The notes below the pieces were generated by a model. It saw only the letters and a program-made list of their open reading frames with translations. It made no database searches and was not told the DNA's origin. Position numbers and translations under genes: made by a program. Shown piece by piece: positions 29,301-41,502 of a DNA stretch of 42,146 bases. Source of the stretch: Stramenopiles sp. TOSAG23-6 (taxonomy: Eukaryota); assembly GCA_900128565.1 (NCBI GenBank), contig LT635935.1:1-42146 (forward strand), in the 5' to 3' direction. Each line of letters starts with the position of its first letter. Within the stretch, counting starts at the first letter, position 1.

Positions 29301-32300
29301 TGGGTGGAGTAGCAGAGCTCATACGCGCCGTAAAACCAATGCACGTGGGTGGACAGGTCGTCGAAGACATGAAATGATTGCTCGACGGGGAATTTCTTCT
29401 CGTGATATGGGTATGTTAGGAGCTCGTCTTGCACTTCATGCTGGCGACACTGGCCGGAGTCTAAGCCGCTGGACACGAGGTCGGAAAACTGATGAAATGT
29501 TACTAAATTTTACTGAAGAAGAACTCAGAGAAATAGATTCTGCTATCGCCATCCAAACAATTCATCGGGGTAGATTAGGTAGAATAAAAGCACACAAAAA
29601 ATATGTCATCAAAAATACGACACCATCCCAGATAGATGGACTTCGGTGTGTACAGAGGGCGTATAGAAATTATATAGCTAGACGAAAGGCACGAAACATC
29701 GATTTTCGTTTAAATTGCACAAGTGAGATGCGATATGCAGCAATTGAGATTCAAAAACACGTTCGCGTGTATGCTGCTCAAAAGAAAGCACGTAAAATGC
29801 GTATTGAAAAAGGACAAAACAAAAAATGGGAAGATAAGTATTCCTCTTTGAATCTTGAAAAGCGAAATAGATATCGCAAAGACAAAATATTAGAACTGAA
29901 CCCCCCCTTTCCAAATCAAGTTGGTCATGACATTGTAAATTTGGAGAATGGGGCAAAAGAAATTAACGGTGATATTGAAGTCATGGATATTGTCAAAAAT
30001 GAAATGAGCGAATCTAGCACAAGGAAAATAAGTGAATTACAGCAGCAAAGTATTAATGCTGCATTTCGACATAAAATGAATATAAATATGTCTCTCATTC
30101 GTGCATTAGGTTTGAGAATGCCTAATGTAAAAGAAAATAATGAAGTTCGTGGTGTTTATGCGGTTGTTAAAGTGATTCCTGTGTATTTACAACATAATAG
30201 TCATGTATTAGAAGTAGATAGAGCTAAACTAGTTCATCGTACAGAAACTAGGTTTTGGAAACCTGGTGTACTTGAAGAAAAAATGGCAATAATTATTCAG
30301 GCTTATTATCGAAGTTTTAGAATCCGGTTTGCTCTAAGGAAACCAAAAGAACCAATAGATAAAGCAAAATTTGCAACAAACATTCAAGCAGTTTGGCGAG
30401 GCAGGTGTACCCGAAATATTGAAAATTTGGGAATTCGTGGAATAAACATATACTGTGGTTCTGGTGCTATCGGTGCAATTATACGCCCTGGAACATTTTT
30501 ATTTAAAGAAGACCGCGGGGCAATGTTATTGGGTTTCTACCGCTCAAAATCTGGTAATATTTTGCCTATTGAAGCCGATGGCAGAATACGAAAAGGAATG
30601 TACCTGGTGTCAATTAATGGTAAAAGTACAGTTGAAAAAACATTTAATCACATATCGAAAATGATAAGAGTAGCAGAAGTAAAACAAGAAAATATATTTA
30701 CATTTCAAATTGTGCCACGTGAAATATACGACGCACGCGTACTAAAATTAATGACAAGTGCAAAAAAAAAGATACAACGGTGGAGTCGTACCATGCTCTC
30801 TGATATGAGAATTCGTGTCGTTCAAGAAATGTCAGCATTATCAATACAGCGTTCCTTCAAAAGTATGTGCAATAAAAGGAAAATTAAAGCTAATGCTGAA
30901 CAGAAACGACTTGAGCATTCATCAGCAAAGTCTATACAAAATGGTTTCCGACAGATGTGTATTCGAAAAGAAGCGAAACGAGTTTTTGAAATGTTTCGTC
31001 TAACTATTGTGAGTGTAACAGAACTGCCTCTGCGACGACATAATGTAGATAAACGACAGATATCAGTTGCGGCAGCTCTTGGTGAACATGGTCAATCTTT
31101 CGCCTTAAAGAAGCGTCTTTCAAATACCAGACGCATTGCCGAGTCAAAAGAGTCCTTCAAAGGGTCATTTGAAACTATCGGTGTACAAAAGGCTGCTAGT
31201 GTATACTGGTGTGCAACGTGTGAATTAGTGAAAGAAAATGTGAAGGTACCCGAAATATCTCTACAAATTATTGAAACAAGCCCAAATGGAATTCGTCGTC
31301 CAATTGGGGAATGTGCGTTAAGGTTATTGAAAGAACATTCTGGTGGGACAGAAACATATGCTGTTTGTAGACATGGCACCAAAGAAGTTGTAAAAGGAAG
31401 AATAACAGTGTCATGGCAACGTTTTACTATGACCAAGAAAACATTGAGTGTAATAAATACCACTCGTTTTTTTACGGCTGTTGTACCTGGAGGTCGACTA
31501 GGTTGTAACTTTCAATCAAGCTTAGGTGGCATTGGCGTTGCCGTGAAAGCATTAGCATTGGTGGATGGAACACCCGGTCCACTTGCAAGTGTGGGTGTAA
31601 AAGTAGGAATGCATCTCATTGATATGAAGCATCCTAATTATAAAAGCGATAACGAGAAAACCCTGGGTAATATGAACTTTCTGGATGCAATAGAAATCCT
31701 TCGTTTGCATACATTAGAGAAAAAGGAATTAATATTTAGCAATAATGCTTCCACTGCGGCGTTAGAATGGTCATCCAGGCAAGCATTTCTTTCCAGTATC
31801 GACCCCAAAGGCTATGCTATTTTTAAAATACAAAGATGTGCGAGGGTCTTCTTAGCCAAATTAAGAGAACAAGATACATTACTTATTCCTCAACCTAATA
31901 TTGCTAGTATATACGCACATATTAACATTCTGAAGAATCGAATGAAACAAAACGAAGCTAACCTATCAAATTCTGAAAAATATTTACGAGGATCAGGAGG
32001 AGAAGCTAGAATCCTTGAAAGAGCCCATCGTGTTCTGCGCAAATGGCAATTGCTCTTGAGACTTTTGGTGAAAGAAGAGGATTCATTTGGCGATAAAACT
32101 AAACTAATTACAATTCGTCGTCGTATTTACAATCTTAAACATACAACGGCGATAGATTCAGCATGGACTTGTCGGCAACTTCAAATAAAAAAATATATGA
32201 AAAAATACGAAAAGTCTCGTATATCTCTCTTGCAAGTAAAAGCCCAGATTGATTCGGCTATTGAAAGAGAAACTCCAGAGATACTGAAAAAACATCTAGG

Positions 32301-35300
32301 GGAAGATCTTCGTATATCTATTTCGCGGATTGAAGGTATCAATGACTTCCGTCAACGATGCCAAAATAGTGGAAGAAAAGTACCACAAAATTTAGAAATA
32401 CCATCTTTATATCTGCAACTACTCGTTGGAGAACAAGGTTATAGATGGCAATCAAAGCTAGACTGTATTCCCAATACTAGTGATAAAAAGCTTTCTTCAA
32501 GATATATTACTACAAAATCTGTAATTGAGAGAGGGAAGTTTGCAGTTTGGAATGAACATAAAATGATTACATTAACAGGAATTAAATCTCCAGAAATTAC
32601 CATAAGACTTATGGAACGTGTAATAGATGAGCAAGATATTCTACTTGGCGAGTGCTCTGTGATAATACCTAGCTCCCGGACATCGAATGGTATTCAACGT
32701 TATACATTCAAAGCGCCTATAAATTCCAAAAACTTTTCTGGAGGGTCAATGTTATTACAGTGGCAACGGGCAATGTCCGTACAACTATCTGGAGAGAAAC
32801 TGTATAAATTTCCGAAGCTCAAAGATATTACAATTGAAGTTAATCCTGGTTCGATGAGTGCGAAGTTTCTGCCCGGACCAGGTGGAATTGGTTTACGCGT
32901 TGCTTCATTTTTTTTGGATGCTCGTGGCAAGCACGGGCAATTAGAAAGAAGTAATATCAAACTTGGAATGTATCTCTCAAAACTAGATGATAATGCAAAT
33001 GTTGCAACAATGTATGCGACTGATATATTGGTATTGTTAAAATCAAAAACAAATACAAAAAAACACATGGTATGGAGTTCTCGTCCTTCAGAAAAAGCCT
33101 TAAAAATAGCCACGATAAATGCAATGTCAAGAAATATCAAACAACGCGCGGTGATGAGAATTCAAAAATATATTCGAGAATGGAAATTGCGCAAGTTAGT
33201 TGATGTCGAAAGCAAAATAAAAGATGAAAAATATATGTCCGTGGGTACCAAACATGGGGACATATTAAATATAAACGTAATCGGGTGCTTTGGTTTACCT
33301 GCTGCAAATGATTTTTGCACTTTAGGAAAATACACAAGGATAGCTTTATGTGTTGGCGAAAAAGGATTACGCTGGGAAAATAAAGTAAAAAACACTGGTG
33401 ATTGTGTGTTGGAATGCGTATGTCAAACACCATTTCGCAAAAGCAAGGAAACACTTGCATACAATTACACTTCTGCTTTTTGCATTGGTTCTATAGATAT
33501 GCCCGAGCTCAGTGTTCGAATAATACAATCTAACAATGGCGCAAATAATACCAAAGAAACATCTGATTATGTTTTAGCCGAAGCATTCAGCGATATTCCA
33601 AATGAACTAGATTCTAGAGAACAATGTTTACTTAAATCACTATCCGGTAGCGTCGAGCTTTTGTGGAGTTACGGTGTCGGGGCCCCTTTTTACAATAATA
33701 GCGGAGAATTTAACATGCGTCAATATATATCAACATCATTAGATTTTCGTTCGTTTGCAAAATCGCAAATAGCCGTGTCTGTCAAGTCAGTTGAAAGTAT
33801 GGGTATCCGATTAGGCGCAGAAGATAATAGGATAGCACAATTTAGAGGCGTAAATGGGAAACCGGGGATTTGTGAAATTGCAGGAATGTGTCGAGGGATG
33901 CAATTAGTACGAATAAACGGAAAACCTTTTGAGGGAAAGCTGAGAGATGAACATTGGAGTTCTTTGCAAAATGATATTGTTCCAAATAATTTGTACCATC
34001 TTGTAACATTCTCTTTAAATAATTTTGAACGACCAATATATTTCTTCAACAAAACTCATGAGAATTCTGCAAGAGTAATTCAAAGATTATTTTTGACACA
34101 GAAACACAGCAAATGTAAAGGTACAGATCCAAAATATCTCGAGAATGTGTTACATTTATCTCTATCGGGCGCAGTTGGCGTAAAATTTTGCAATGAAATA
34201 CAGAATGATTCGAGAAATAGATTCTCCCTGTGTGCTTTAACTGGTGAACGAGGGCGGTCTTGGGAGGTTAAGCAAAAATTAAATCAGGGTCGATCCAAGG
34301 GACTGTTGCATAGAAGCTGCAAAACAAAACTGAGAAAACTTTCAAATTGGATAAGGTGGGAAGAATATCATAAACTGAATCTTCAAGGATACATAGATCC
34401 TGAAGTAACAGTACGTTTATGTATGCAATCGCCAAACAACAAAGTATCTTCTGTCATTGGTGAAGCCAAACTTTCTGTGGCACATAGAAGTTCTCGTGGT
34501 AGTAAAAGATATTGTTTGAATGCTGGTCAAGGCGGAGGTGTTTTCATGAAGTGGCACCGCGACATCACCGGGGTCTTACATCCAATTGACCCAGTCAATT
34601 TACCCGAGCTCATTGTGAAAAATGTACATGTAAAATCAGACTCTTCACTAAGGGTTTCCTTTCAGCCATACTTCGGCAAATTCGGACTTCGAGTTTCTTC
34701 ATTTGAAACAGGTGATGATGGTGACATTGGTATACTCGAAGAAGCAGGGGTTCATATTGGTATGATAGTGACAAAAATTGATGACAAGCCTTTAATTGGC
34801 TCTCTTCGTTTCGAAGAAGCAAAATCTTTATTGAAGAAACTATTCACTTCTGATTGCGTTGTAACATTTTCAACACACCCTCCATCAAATATCATTTCAC
34901 TCTTAAATATATCAGTAAAACACAATTTCAATGATATAGAAAATTCCGCTGCGGTGATGATTCAGCGACTTTCAAAAAAGATACATTTACAAAAGCTTAA
35001 AAAGAACAAATGTGTAAAAAACGAAACCCAGAAACGAATAATTACACGGTCAAAATTGGAGAGCCATACAGAAGAAAGAGTACCCCGGGTTGATCAAGAC
35101 ATGCTCCGATCAAAACGCATCGCAAGCAACAATATTAAAAAGGAATCACCTAAAAATTTGATAAAATCTTATCCCTCGAAAAGTAAAAAAAATATTTTGG
35201 AAAAAGGTAAAGTTAAACATACTACACAAGCAAAAAGGGGTATCAAAAATGATAAACGAAAACAATCTTCAATAAGTCCAAGGAAGAAAAAAAAAGGAAA

Positions 35301-38300
35301 CGTTAAACCACTAGCTCTTCCCAAGAAGCAAAAGCAAAACAGTGACATCGTATCAAAACAAAAACCTCAAGTTGAAAATATACCATCGAAAATATCTTTA
35401 ATGCCCAAAACCTCTGAGATACCAGAGAAAACAGTAAGGGGTAATAAATCTACAATAGTGAAACTCGAAAATGTAGAGAAAAAGACACACAACGAACACC
35501 AACAATCACGCTTTCAAAAGACCGAAGTAAAAAACAAACCATCAAGCCTCAGTGAAGCAAACATTAATGAAATCAATTCGATTTCTATTTCACCCCAACC
35601 GATTAAGTTAGAGGTTAAACAGAAAAGAAAAAAGATAAAAGATGATGTGACAATTCGTGTTCCAGGAGGCCCTTTAGGAATGGGTTTATGCCCGGGTGCA
35701 AATAATTGTTCACTTTTTATTTCCCGTTTCCTTTCACCACTAAGCGATGGAAATCCTGGAGTCGTTGAACTTCACCCCAAAATTCGACCTGGGATGATCC
35801 TTAAGAAAATCAATGATGTAAATACAAAAGATATCGACTTTAATGAGGGGTTAAAGTTGCTGAAAACACTTGCTTCAGAGTCAAAGGTCCTTGTTTTTTC
35901 GCGTGCGACAAATAAGCAAATGTTGATGATATCACTTGAGGCGATGCAATCTAACCAGACAAGAGCAGCAATTAGAATACAAAATATATTTCGCAGTCGT
36001 CGCACGAAAAATACCAGAAGTTACTCACCATCGGCAACTGAAATAAATATGGAGAGGAATTTGAACCTTGTGAAGGTAGATGTCAAACGTTTACGTGGTC
36101 AAGTACAGAAAGATGAACGTGAGGTGAGTGAAGCTCGCGCAATGATGGAGCATTGGAATAAGAAAGCAAATGATGAAGAAATGAAAGAATTTGAATCTAA
36201 ATCAGACGATGATTTTCTTGAAGTGGAAAATTTTGAGAGGGGTAATAAGCAAAACGTTTGTGTAGAACACGACATAATCAAAAGCGCAGATGAGGTTCGA
36301 GGGTTCCAAGGAAATAAAGAGCAAAATGTCAAAACTGTTGTTATAGAAGGGTTGAAGAAGAAACTCGAAACAAAGGAAGATGTTGTGTCTTCAAAACACA
36401 CAATCAGTATTGATGTACCCCCAGGCCCTTTATATGCCCAGTTTGGAGGACATCAAACACTACAAGGCATATTCGTAAAATCATTTCGACCTGATATACA
36501 TGGAGGAAGCCCTCTGTCTAAAGGAGGAATTGTACAAGGTATGCGTTTAGTATTTGTGGGTGATACTGATGTCAGTTCTTTATCTAAAAAGATGGCGATG
36601 TCCATACTTAAGAAATCTGCCCAAGCTCCCAAGACATTAATATTTGAAAAAATATTGAGAACAAAATTAAAAGCATCATTGGTGAAGATTAACAACAGTA
36701 TCGATAGACATTCAAACTCGTCAGAATCAACAGAAATACAAGATTTTTCACAAATGAATCTTGTTAATCGGCTTAAAGGCGGGGGTGATAAAATATATCA
36801 TGAAGATAACACAGAAGATTCTTATTCCAGTACGATGATGAAGAAGGGTCTAGGTGGTATTCAAGGTAGAAGAAAATTCCGGGCGGCGACCAAAATTCAG
36901 TGCCTATTTCGCGTAGTACTTGCAAGGAAGAATTTTGCCGCGATGAAACTTTTAGTCAAGCAAACTAAGGCAGCATCTAAACTTCAACACTATTTTCGTT
37001 ATCGCCGCAAATGTCTTGCGGTAACTAGACTACAATGTATGTATCGGAAGATCTTATGTTCTCAACAGTTTAATCGAAAGATAAGCATATCCCGCGCAGC
37101 TCAAGCGGCATACGAAGCAGCAACATTCATCCACGAATATATGGTTCGTTCAGAAGAAGTTTTTAAATTGCTTGTGTCTCGCATTAATTCAACAAAATTA
37201 CAGTTTCAAAGACATGTTGCACAGCAAGCATCAATGCAAGCGAAATCCGCAGCAAATGCAGCTTTGCGTGATGTAATAAACATCTCTCAAATCATACAAG
37301 TAACTGCTGTCGAGAGAATTCAACGATACTTTCGCGGTGCTCGAGTTCGTTTCCAGATGAAACATCAGTGGAAATCGGGTGACAAGACAATCGAACTTAA
37401 GATTCCTGGTCTTATTCGTAATTGGCGCAATTCTTTTCATCCAGGTTTAAACGATACCGGTGCATTTGTGAGTCATTTTTCGTTAGAAGGAACCCCATTG
37501 CTGTATTCATTAGGTGTGAATATTGGAATGTTTGTACGGAGCATTGATGGTGAAAATGTTACTGAACTGGCATTTTCTAAGCTGAAAACAATACTGAAAT
37601 CAAAGGAGAGAAATGGCCAGATAAAGACAATGGTGTTTTCAACCAACAAAATATTTCGAAGCAGACGCGTAGAAGAAATTCGGGGTATACCAAGGGTTTC
37701 AACCGCCGTTCGCAACTCCAAAAGGACAGGTTCAGCATGGATCAAAGATATGTTTACATTTGATGATTTAGAATCTGTGAATGAACAAGAAATTCATGAG
37801 TTAAAACAATCTCAAATGCCATCTTATAATTTGCACTCTAATACAACTCAATATATAGACACCACAAATCGAAGACCACGCACTGTAAATGATCGAACGG
37901 GAAAGTTATATCCCAGTTGGAAAGATTCCTCTGGCATATGTAACGTTGAACTTGCAACAGATACAAAGAGTGGAAATGGTCGCTTTTCAAAGGAAGCTAT
38001 TTTGATAGAGATATATGCTGATGATGATGGCAGTAGCATTGGATCTGCTGTGAAAAATAGAGGATCGTCTGCCGAAATTTCACACACTCTTGTTGGATTT
38101 GCTGTATATCGACCATGTGATCGAATGATGTCTTCTCCAGGTCCCTTGAAGTCAGGAGAAAAGAGAAATGTGACACTTTGGCTTGCAGGACCCGATGCAC
38201 ATAAAAATGGAATATATAATAGTACTACAGCTCAGAATTTTGGCCAAGTTAATTTCGAAATATATCTAGAGCCAAAGAATAGAGACATTCAAGATTTGAA

Positions 38301-38376
38301 AAAAACATACAAAATAGAAAATAGAAAGCATAAGTCGATGATGTCATTTGAGGGAAAGTTGCTCCCCTTTTCATAG
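26395..38376 (+). CDS. Giant TPR-like/IQ/C2/PDZ protein (mirror copy)
   Basis: Identical 3993-aa translation. Confidence 0.85.
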   Translation: MEFTLLDADIRDPSLQYTNSYPPFIHASLSRNAINAWKKWCKQDELPADIPHVPANDITIQEAAADAMLQHGSRPFSRLVSANSMLNPNQPQSRLFGASSLRRTPVSRINTSSRRGLRLSRPVTRAHSSLSRPPTHQQLVSPISQRGTLLTPGGGISRDYAQSRSLSGLSMRREDTYSFQLRQIKSDMNKQEKRGQLEGCLDCLEKELVLKRDRFGLHSDEATNVIRHAGALCNRLGKNKLEQGNLDDADIFLMKAEILNKNFALQLLITLNLVAAVSRNRYVQTADETELQNALVCLKKSLGVADNIVQKKQITNFVSAKKNSNVSKIEKATASTHLQLCFVFALLREHTLAAAHGQQAIRLLEVGIRKALQRNQSRRSSRKNSRRKFFAPDKIELNVEEQCKELGGAYLALARQHISLKLPGAAVSCLEKGISTLETIGGKHSIIRSLKIQRVKIKLQERHKSDNVEMRKRTHIQQQQLHNIQRYEKLMSAIDDKKDLYIELQPKKTKIDRKIIRHKNDKKGIKRLSVKDINRKAKLKQSIAYGNFIRNQRNKLERRRTNKHRQQNNVFDIVSDGESNDTSNSISNSLTNEGTGYRRITRADMLRAKTGYTVHSINQNDDNTIGTTDVSFDQDVSFDPEEFFIDIEDPPKLHLTQDIGRFEVNKQYNKNVNVQQRKIERRNAQLSKPSFQQGLRSVHNIQRYRKGNTRVGVKMPQWLSKRPAIENDNIDHFEQKSSNIKRSKAAWEIAEELSRSEPLPLFLSKSRLSHQNTSHNIDVLDQKEMNLLNSDQRSKKLKSRFAKRLATNQHNTDDKKGNIIAQKRQRKKKQHSAEVDANRIMLLQHYREMLRLGVPRRAVERDMRSRNISIDMLDTDPTLIFRKAKHLKTHDVREQLHKKRKVVADTRLKVMRRGQLDIGQEHSRKQDINHAAVTIQASVRGWTGRRQKYTGKKKKIQNDAALRIQANVRGWSSRAHTRRKTNARGWTGRRRHEMIARRGISSRDMGMLGARLALHAGDTGRSLSRWTRGRKTDEMLLNFTEEELREIDSAIAIQTIHRGRLGRIKAHKKYVIKNTTPSQIDGLRCVQRAYRNYIARRKARNIDFRLNCTSEMRYAAIEIQKHVRVYAAQKKARKMRIEKGQNKKWEDKYSSLNLEKRNRYRKDKILELNPPFPNQVGHDIVNLENGAKEINGDIEVMDIVKNEMSESSTRKISELQQQSINAAFRHKMNINMSLIRALGLRMPNVKENNEVRGVYAVVKVIPVYLQHNSHVLEVDRAKLVHRTETRFWKPGVLEEKMAIIIQAYYRSFRIRFALRKPKEPIDKAKFATNIQAVWRGRCTRNIENLGIRGINIYCGSGAIGAIIRPGTFLFKEDRGAMLLGFYRSKSGNILPIEADGRIRKGMYLVSINGKSTVEKTFNHISKMIRVAEVKQENIFTFQIVPREIYDARVLKLMTSAKKKIQRWSRTMLSDMRIRVVQEMSALSIQRSFKSMCNKRKIKANAEQKRLEHSSAKSIQNGFRQMCIRKEAKRVFEMFRLTIVSVTELPLRRHNVDKRQISVAAALGEHGQSFALKKRLSNTRRIAESKESFKGSFETIGVQKAASVYWCATCELVKENVKVPEISLQIIETSPNGIRRPIGECALRLLKEHSGGTETYAVCRHGTKEVVKGRITVSWQRFTMTKKTLSVINTTRFFTAVVPGGRLGCNFQSSLGGIGVAVKALALVDGTPGPLASVGVKVGMHLIDMKHPNYKSDNEKTLGNMNFLDAIEILRLHTLEKKELIFSNNASTAALEWSSRQAFLSSIDPKGYAIFKIQRCARVFLAKLREQDTLLIPQPNIASIYAHINILKNRMKQNEANLSNSEKYLRGSGGEARILERAHRVLRKWQLLLRLLVKEEDSFGDKTKLITIRRRIYNLKHTTAIDSAWTCRQLQIKKYMKKYEKSRISLLQVKAQIDSAIERETPEILKKHLGEDLRISISRIEGINDFRQRCQNSGRKVPQNLEIPSLYLQLLVGEQGYRWQSKLDCIPNTSDKKLSSRYITTKSVIERGKFAVWNEHKMITLTGIKSPEITIRLMERVIDEQDILLGECSVIIPSSRTSNGIQRYTFKAPINSKNFSGGSMLLQWQRAMSVQLSGEKLYKFPKLKDITIEVNPGSMSAKFLPGPGGIGLRVASFFLDARGKHGQLERSNIKLGMYLSKLDDNANVATMYATDILVLLKSKTNTKKHMVWSSRPSEKALKIATINAMSRNIKQRAVMRIQKYIREWKLRKLVDVESKIKDEKYMSVGTKHGDILNINVIGCFGLPAANDFCTLGKYTRIALCVGEKGLRWENKVKNTGDCVLECVCQTPFRKSKETLAYNYTSAFCIGSIDMPELSVRIIQSNNGANNTKETSDYVLAEAFSDIPNELDSREQCLLKSLSGSVELLWSYGVGAPFYNNSGEFNMRQYISTSLDFRSFAKSQIAVSVKSVESMGIRLGAEDNRIAQFRGVNGKPGICEIAGMCRGMQLVRINGKPFEGKLRDEHWSSLQNDIVPNNLYHLVTFSLNNFERPIYFFNKTHENSARVIQRLFLTQKHSKCKGTDPKYLENVLHLSLSGAVGVKFCNEIQNDSRNRFSLCALTGERGRSWEVKQKLNQGRSKGLLHRSCKTKLRKLSNWIRWEEYHKLNLQGYIDPEVTVRLCMQSPNNKVSSVIGEAKLSVAHRSSRGSKRYCLNAGQGGGVFMKWHRDITGVLHPIDPVNLPELIVKNVHVKSDSSLRVSFQPYFGKFGLRVSSFETGDDGDIGILEEAGVHIGMIVTKIDDKPLIGSLRFEEAKSLLKKLFTSDCVVTFSTHPPSNIISLLNISVKHNFNDIENSAAVMIQRLSKKIHLQKLKKNKCVKNETQKRIITRSKLESHTEERVPRVDQDMLRSKRIASNNIKKESPKNLIKSYPSKSKKNILEKGKVKHTTQAKRGIKNDKRKQSSISPRKKKKGNVKPLALPKKQKQNSDIVSKQKPQVENIPSKISLMPKTSEIPEKTVRGNKSTIVKLENVEKKTHNEHQQSRFQKTEVKNKPSSLSEANINEINSISISPQPIKLEVKQKRKKIKDDVTIRVPGGPLGMGLCPGANNCSLFISRFLSPLSDGNPGVVELHPKIRPGMILKKINDVNTKDIDFNEGLKLLKTLASESKVLVFSRATNKQMLMISLEAMQSNQTRAAIRIQNIFRSRRTKNTRSYSPSATEINMERNLNLVKVDVKRLRGQVQKDEREVSEARAMMEHWNKKANDEEMKEFESKSDDDFLEVENFERGNKQNVCVEHDIIKSADEVRGFQGNKEQNVKTVVIEGLKKKLETKEDVVSSKHTISIDVPPGPLYAQFGGHQTLQGIFVKSFRPDIHGGSPLSKGGIVQGMRLVFVGDTDVSSLSKKMAMSILKKSAQAPKTLIFEKILRTKLKASLVKINNSIDRHSNSSESTEIQDFSQMNLVNRLKGGGDKIYHEDNTEDSYSSTMMKKGLGGIQGRRKFRAATKIQCLFRVVLARKNFAAMKLLVKQTKAASKLQHYFRYRRKCLAVTRLQCMYRKILCSQQFNRKISISRAAQAAYEAATFIHEYMVRSEEVFKLLVSRINSTKLQFQRHVAQQASMQAKSAANAALRDVINISQIIQVTAVERIQRYFRGARVRFQMKHQWKSGDKTIELKIPGLIRNWRNSFHPGLNDTGAFVSHFSLEGTPLLYSLGVNIGMFVRSIDGENVTELAFSKLKTILKSKERNGQIKTMVFSTNKIFRSRRVEEIRGIPRVSTAVRNSKRTGSAWIKDMFTFDDLESVNEQEIHELKQSQMPSYNLHSNTTQYIDTTNRRPRTVNDRTGKLYPSWKDSSGICNVELATDTKSGNGRFSKEAILIEIYADDDGSSIGSAVKNRGSSAEISHTLVGFAVYRPCDRMMSSPGPLKSGEKRNVTLWLAGPDAHKNGIYNSTTAQNFGQVNFEIYLEPKNRDIQDLKKTYKIENRKHKSMMSFEGKLLPFS

Positions 38377-38454
38377 TAATAATAAATAAATGCCATGTTT
38401 TATTTGATAGCGAAAGTTATACATTTTTTCAAATCTTCCAGACTACCAAGTTTA

Positions 38455-41400
38455 TCAATGAGTTTCAAACATTTCATCAAAAATTTCATCAATTGTTTCT
38501 CCAACACTTTCTACTCTAAAGAATTCGTTGAATTCTTCGTCGTCAAACAAACTTGGAAACAATTCCATAAGACTTGGGGATAAACTGGAATATAAATCGT
38601 ATAAATCTAGTTCATCAAAAACAAATTTGATTAAGTATAATTCCTCCTCGCTACATATTTTCCCGAAACAAATTTTACGCAGCTTTTCTTCGCCCTGTTC
38701 CTCTTTTGACTTCACTACAGAAATATCATTCTTCTGATACCATTTAGGAACAGGACATTGAGCTGGTTGAAGACACAAACCATTCTTCTGATACCATTTA
38801 GGAACAGGACATTGAGCTGATTGAAGGCACAAACCATTCTTTTGATACCATTTAGGAACAGGGCACTGAGCTGGTTGAAGACACAAACCATTCTTCTGAT
38901 ACCATTTAGGAACAGGACATTGAGCTGATTGAAGGCACAAACCATTCTTTTGATACCATTTAGGAACAGGGCACTGAGCTGGTTGAAGACACAAACCATT
39001 CTTCTGATACCATTTAGGAACAGGACATTGAGCTGATTGAAGGCACAAACCATTCTTTTGATACCATTTAGGAACAGGGCACTGAGCTGGTTGAAGACAC
39101 AAACCATTCTTCTGATACCATTTAGGAACAGGACATTGAGCTGATTGAAGGCACAAACCATTCTTTTGATACCATTTAGGAACAGGGCACTGAGCTGGTT
39201 GAAGACACAAACCATTCTTCTGATACCATTTAGGAACAGGACATTGAGCTGATTGAAGGCACAAACTATTCTGCTGATACCATTTACGAACAGGACATCG
39301 TGAGGCATCTATATTATTGCAGTATGAGGGTGATTTCCACCAAGACTTAGCCTTTAGCTCTGCTGGAGGTACACACCAGTCACCTTTGCCCCACCAGCTC
39401 TTCAACCATGAATTTGATTCAGGTTTTACCGCGTTAAGGCGCACATGCTCCGATTGTTTTTCGTGATCAATTTGATGAAATTCGACAGGGCGGAGACGAT
39501 TACTTTTTCCTGTGTTGCGAACGTATACATGCTCTTCACCAGAAGTTGTTGAGAAACTACTGACTGGACCATCGCTTCGTTTAGTTTCAGCATCAGATGA
39601 AGGCCAAGCTAGAATTGGCATTGCGGTACCTGCTGAACTTTCGCATTGGCGCATTTTCCGGTGTCTACGCTTACACGTCTTTGATACACGACAAATACCC
39701 TTGCTTTTAAATCCTTCCATTGGAGACCAATTTAGCTTATTTTTTCGAGCCGACGCAGGTCGAAGAACTCTAACAACAGCAGACACTACATCCCACCAAG
39801 GACGAACGCGCAAAGTGTTTTTACCTTTCAAGGATTTTGTAACCGGTGGTGTTGGTTGAATCAAAGATTTCCAAGAATCACCTTGTTTTCCTTCCCCCAA
39901 TCTGTTAAAAGTTGAAGATATTTTCTTCTTTTCTGAAATTCGTATTGCTTTTTGTGTAGCTGTAGTATGATACAGATTAGGCTTTATGAAAGATATGACC
40001 CCAGAAGAAACTTTTTCATTGACAGATGCAAATTTTGAACTTGCCGAGGACAAAATAAATGGCGTTGTCGTTAAAACATTTTTGTAATTAGGCAATACAC
40101 TTGACGTTTTGACTGAAGGTAAAGTTTTTGAAGCGAGATTTGAGGTAGGAATCCATACTTGTTTATCGTACAAACTGAGACGCACATTCGAACCATATTC
40201 TTGATTTGCAAGAAAGTTCAACAAAAATGTATTATTTCGAGCATTATGTTTTTTCGAATACAATTGTATGTTTTCAATATGTCTGGATCGAATCAAAAAA
40301 TCAACGTTTGGAATTGTCGAGAGATTTTCCCTCGATTTAGTGAGAGATGAATTTTGTAGCTTTGGAATTTTCTTCGTTCGAATAATATTGAAACCCGATT
40401 TAACCCGATGTGGCAACAAGTAAGACATGTTCATGAGATGTGATCTTTGTAAATTGGTGATCTTTTGTCCTATAGTTGGAGTAGTCGGGTAGAGATCGAT
40501 AGCAGCACAAGTATCACGACTGTAATCTACCTCTTTCGAAATCGTTTCAAGAAGTGTCTCTTGCGTAGTAGGGTCACCAAAAGGTAGCATTATATCAGTG
40601 GACGAAAATGTTGGATCATATGGAACAATTAAGTAAAATACGACTGAAAACACCAAAAAAATGTTTGTGGCATAAATTGTGACGATAATCAGTTGCAGCA
40701 TACATCGAAGTAGTTGATGATCATATTCGCTTGGTCTTGATAGACGATGAGTGATAATGTCTTCATGCTTTTTCTCAAAAACAAAATATTTTTCAAATTC
40801 TTCAGCTGTATCCGTATCCACATGAGTGTCAATATCTGCATCAGCACCTGTAGTATCACCATCAATGATACTTCTTTTCACCTTACGTTTGCTTTTACGA
40901 TTCAGCTTCCTTCCAAGTTTTTTGGTAGCGTCCAGTTTTTTTTCCGCTTCATCCATGTCTTCACGGAAAACATTTTTTCGTACTCTTTGGGATTTGTTAT
41001 TTTCATTCAACAAGTACGAGAAAATATCAAGTGGTTTTAGAGAATTGCTAATACCATCGTAAAAGCTGCATTCAGAGAAATCACTCCTTATTTCAGTAGA
41101 ACTATCATCGCTTATTTCAGTAGAACTATCATCGCTAGATATCTCGCTAGACACATCGGAGATACAAAAAAACTCAATAGAAGAGTCTTCAGAGATTTCC
41201 AAAGGATCCATATTCCCTAAAGATTCTCCATGTTGATCGGGTATACTGTATTTGTAAAGCAATCAGATGTCAATCAAGAGTTAGTTTTACAATTTGAAAG
41301 AAAAGCAAGAAATGTTATTTGAAGATGAAAGTGGACAAGTTTCTGTTGTGATTGGAAGTTTTGTTGTTGAAAAAAAAAAAGTTAGAAGAAAAACTTACAT

Positions 41401-41502
41401 AGTTGCTTCACGAGTCACACATTCCCATGAATCATCACTGTCACCATCAGACAAATCAAAATCTTGCACTCCTTTCATTGAAAAGAGCATGCCTTCCATC
41501 AT
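38455..41502 (-). CDS. Orphan Cys-repeat membrane protein (mirror copy; intron 41246..41398)
   Basis: Reverse complement of 645..3692. Confidence 0.72.
38727..39297 (-). repeat. 54/108-bp coding minisatellite (mirror copy)
   Basis: Reverse complement of 2850..3420. Confidence 0.95.
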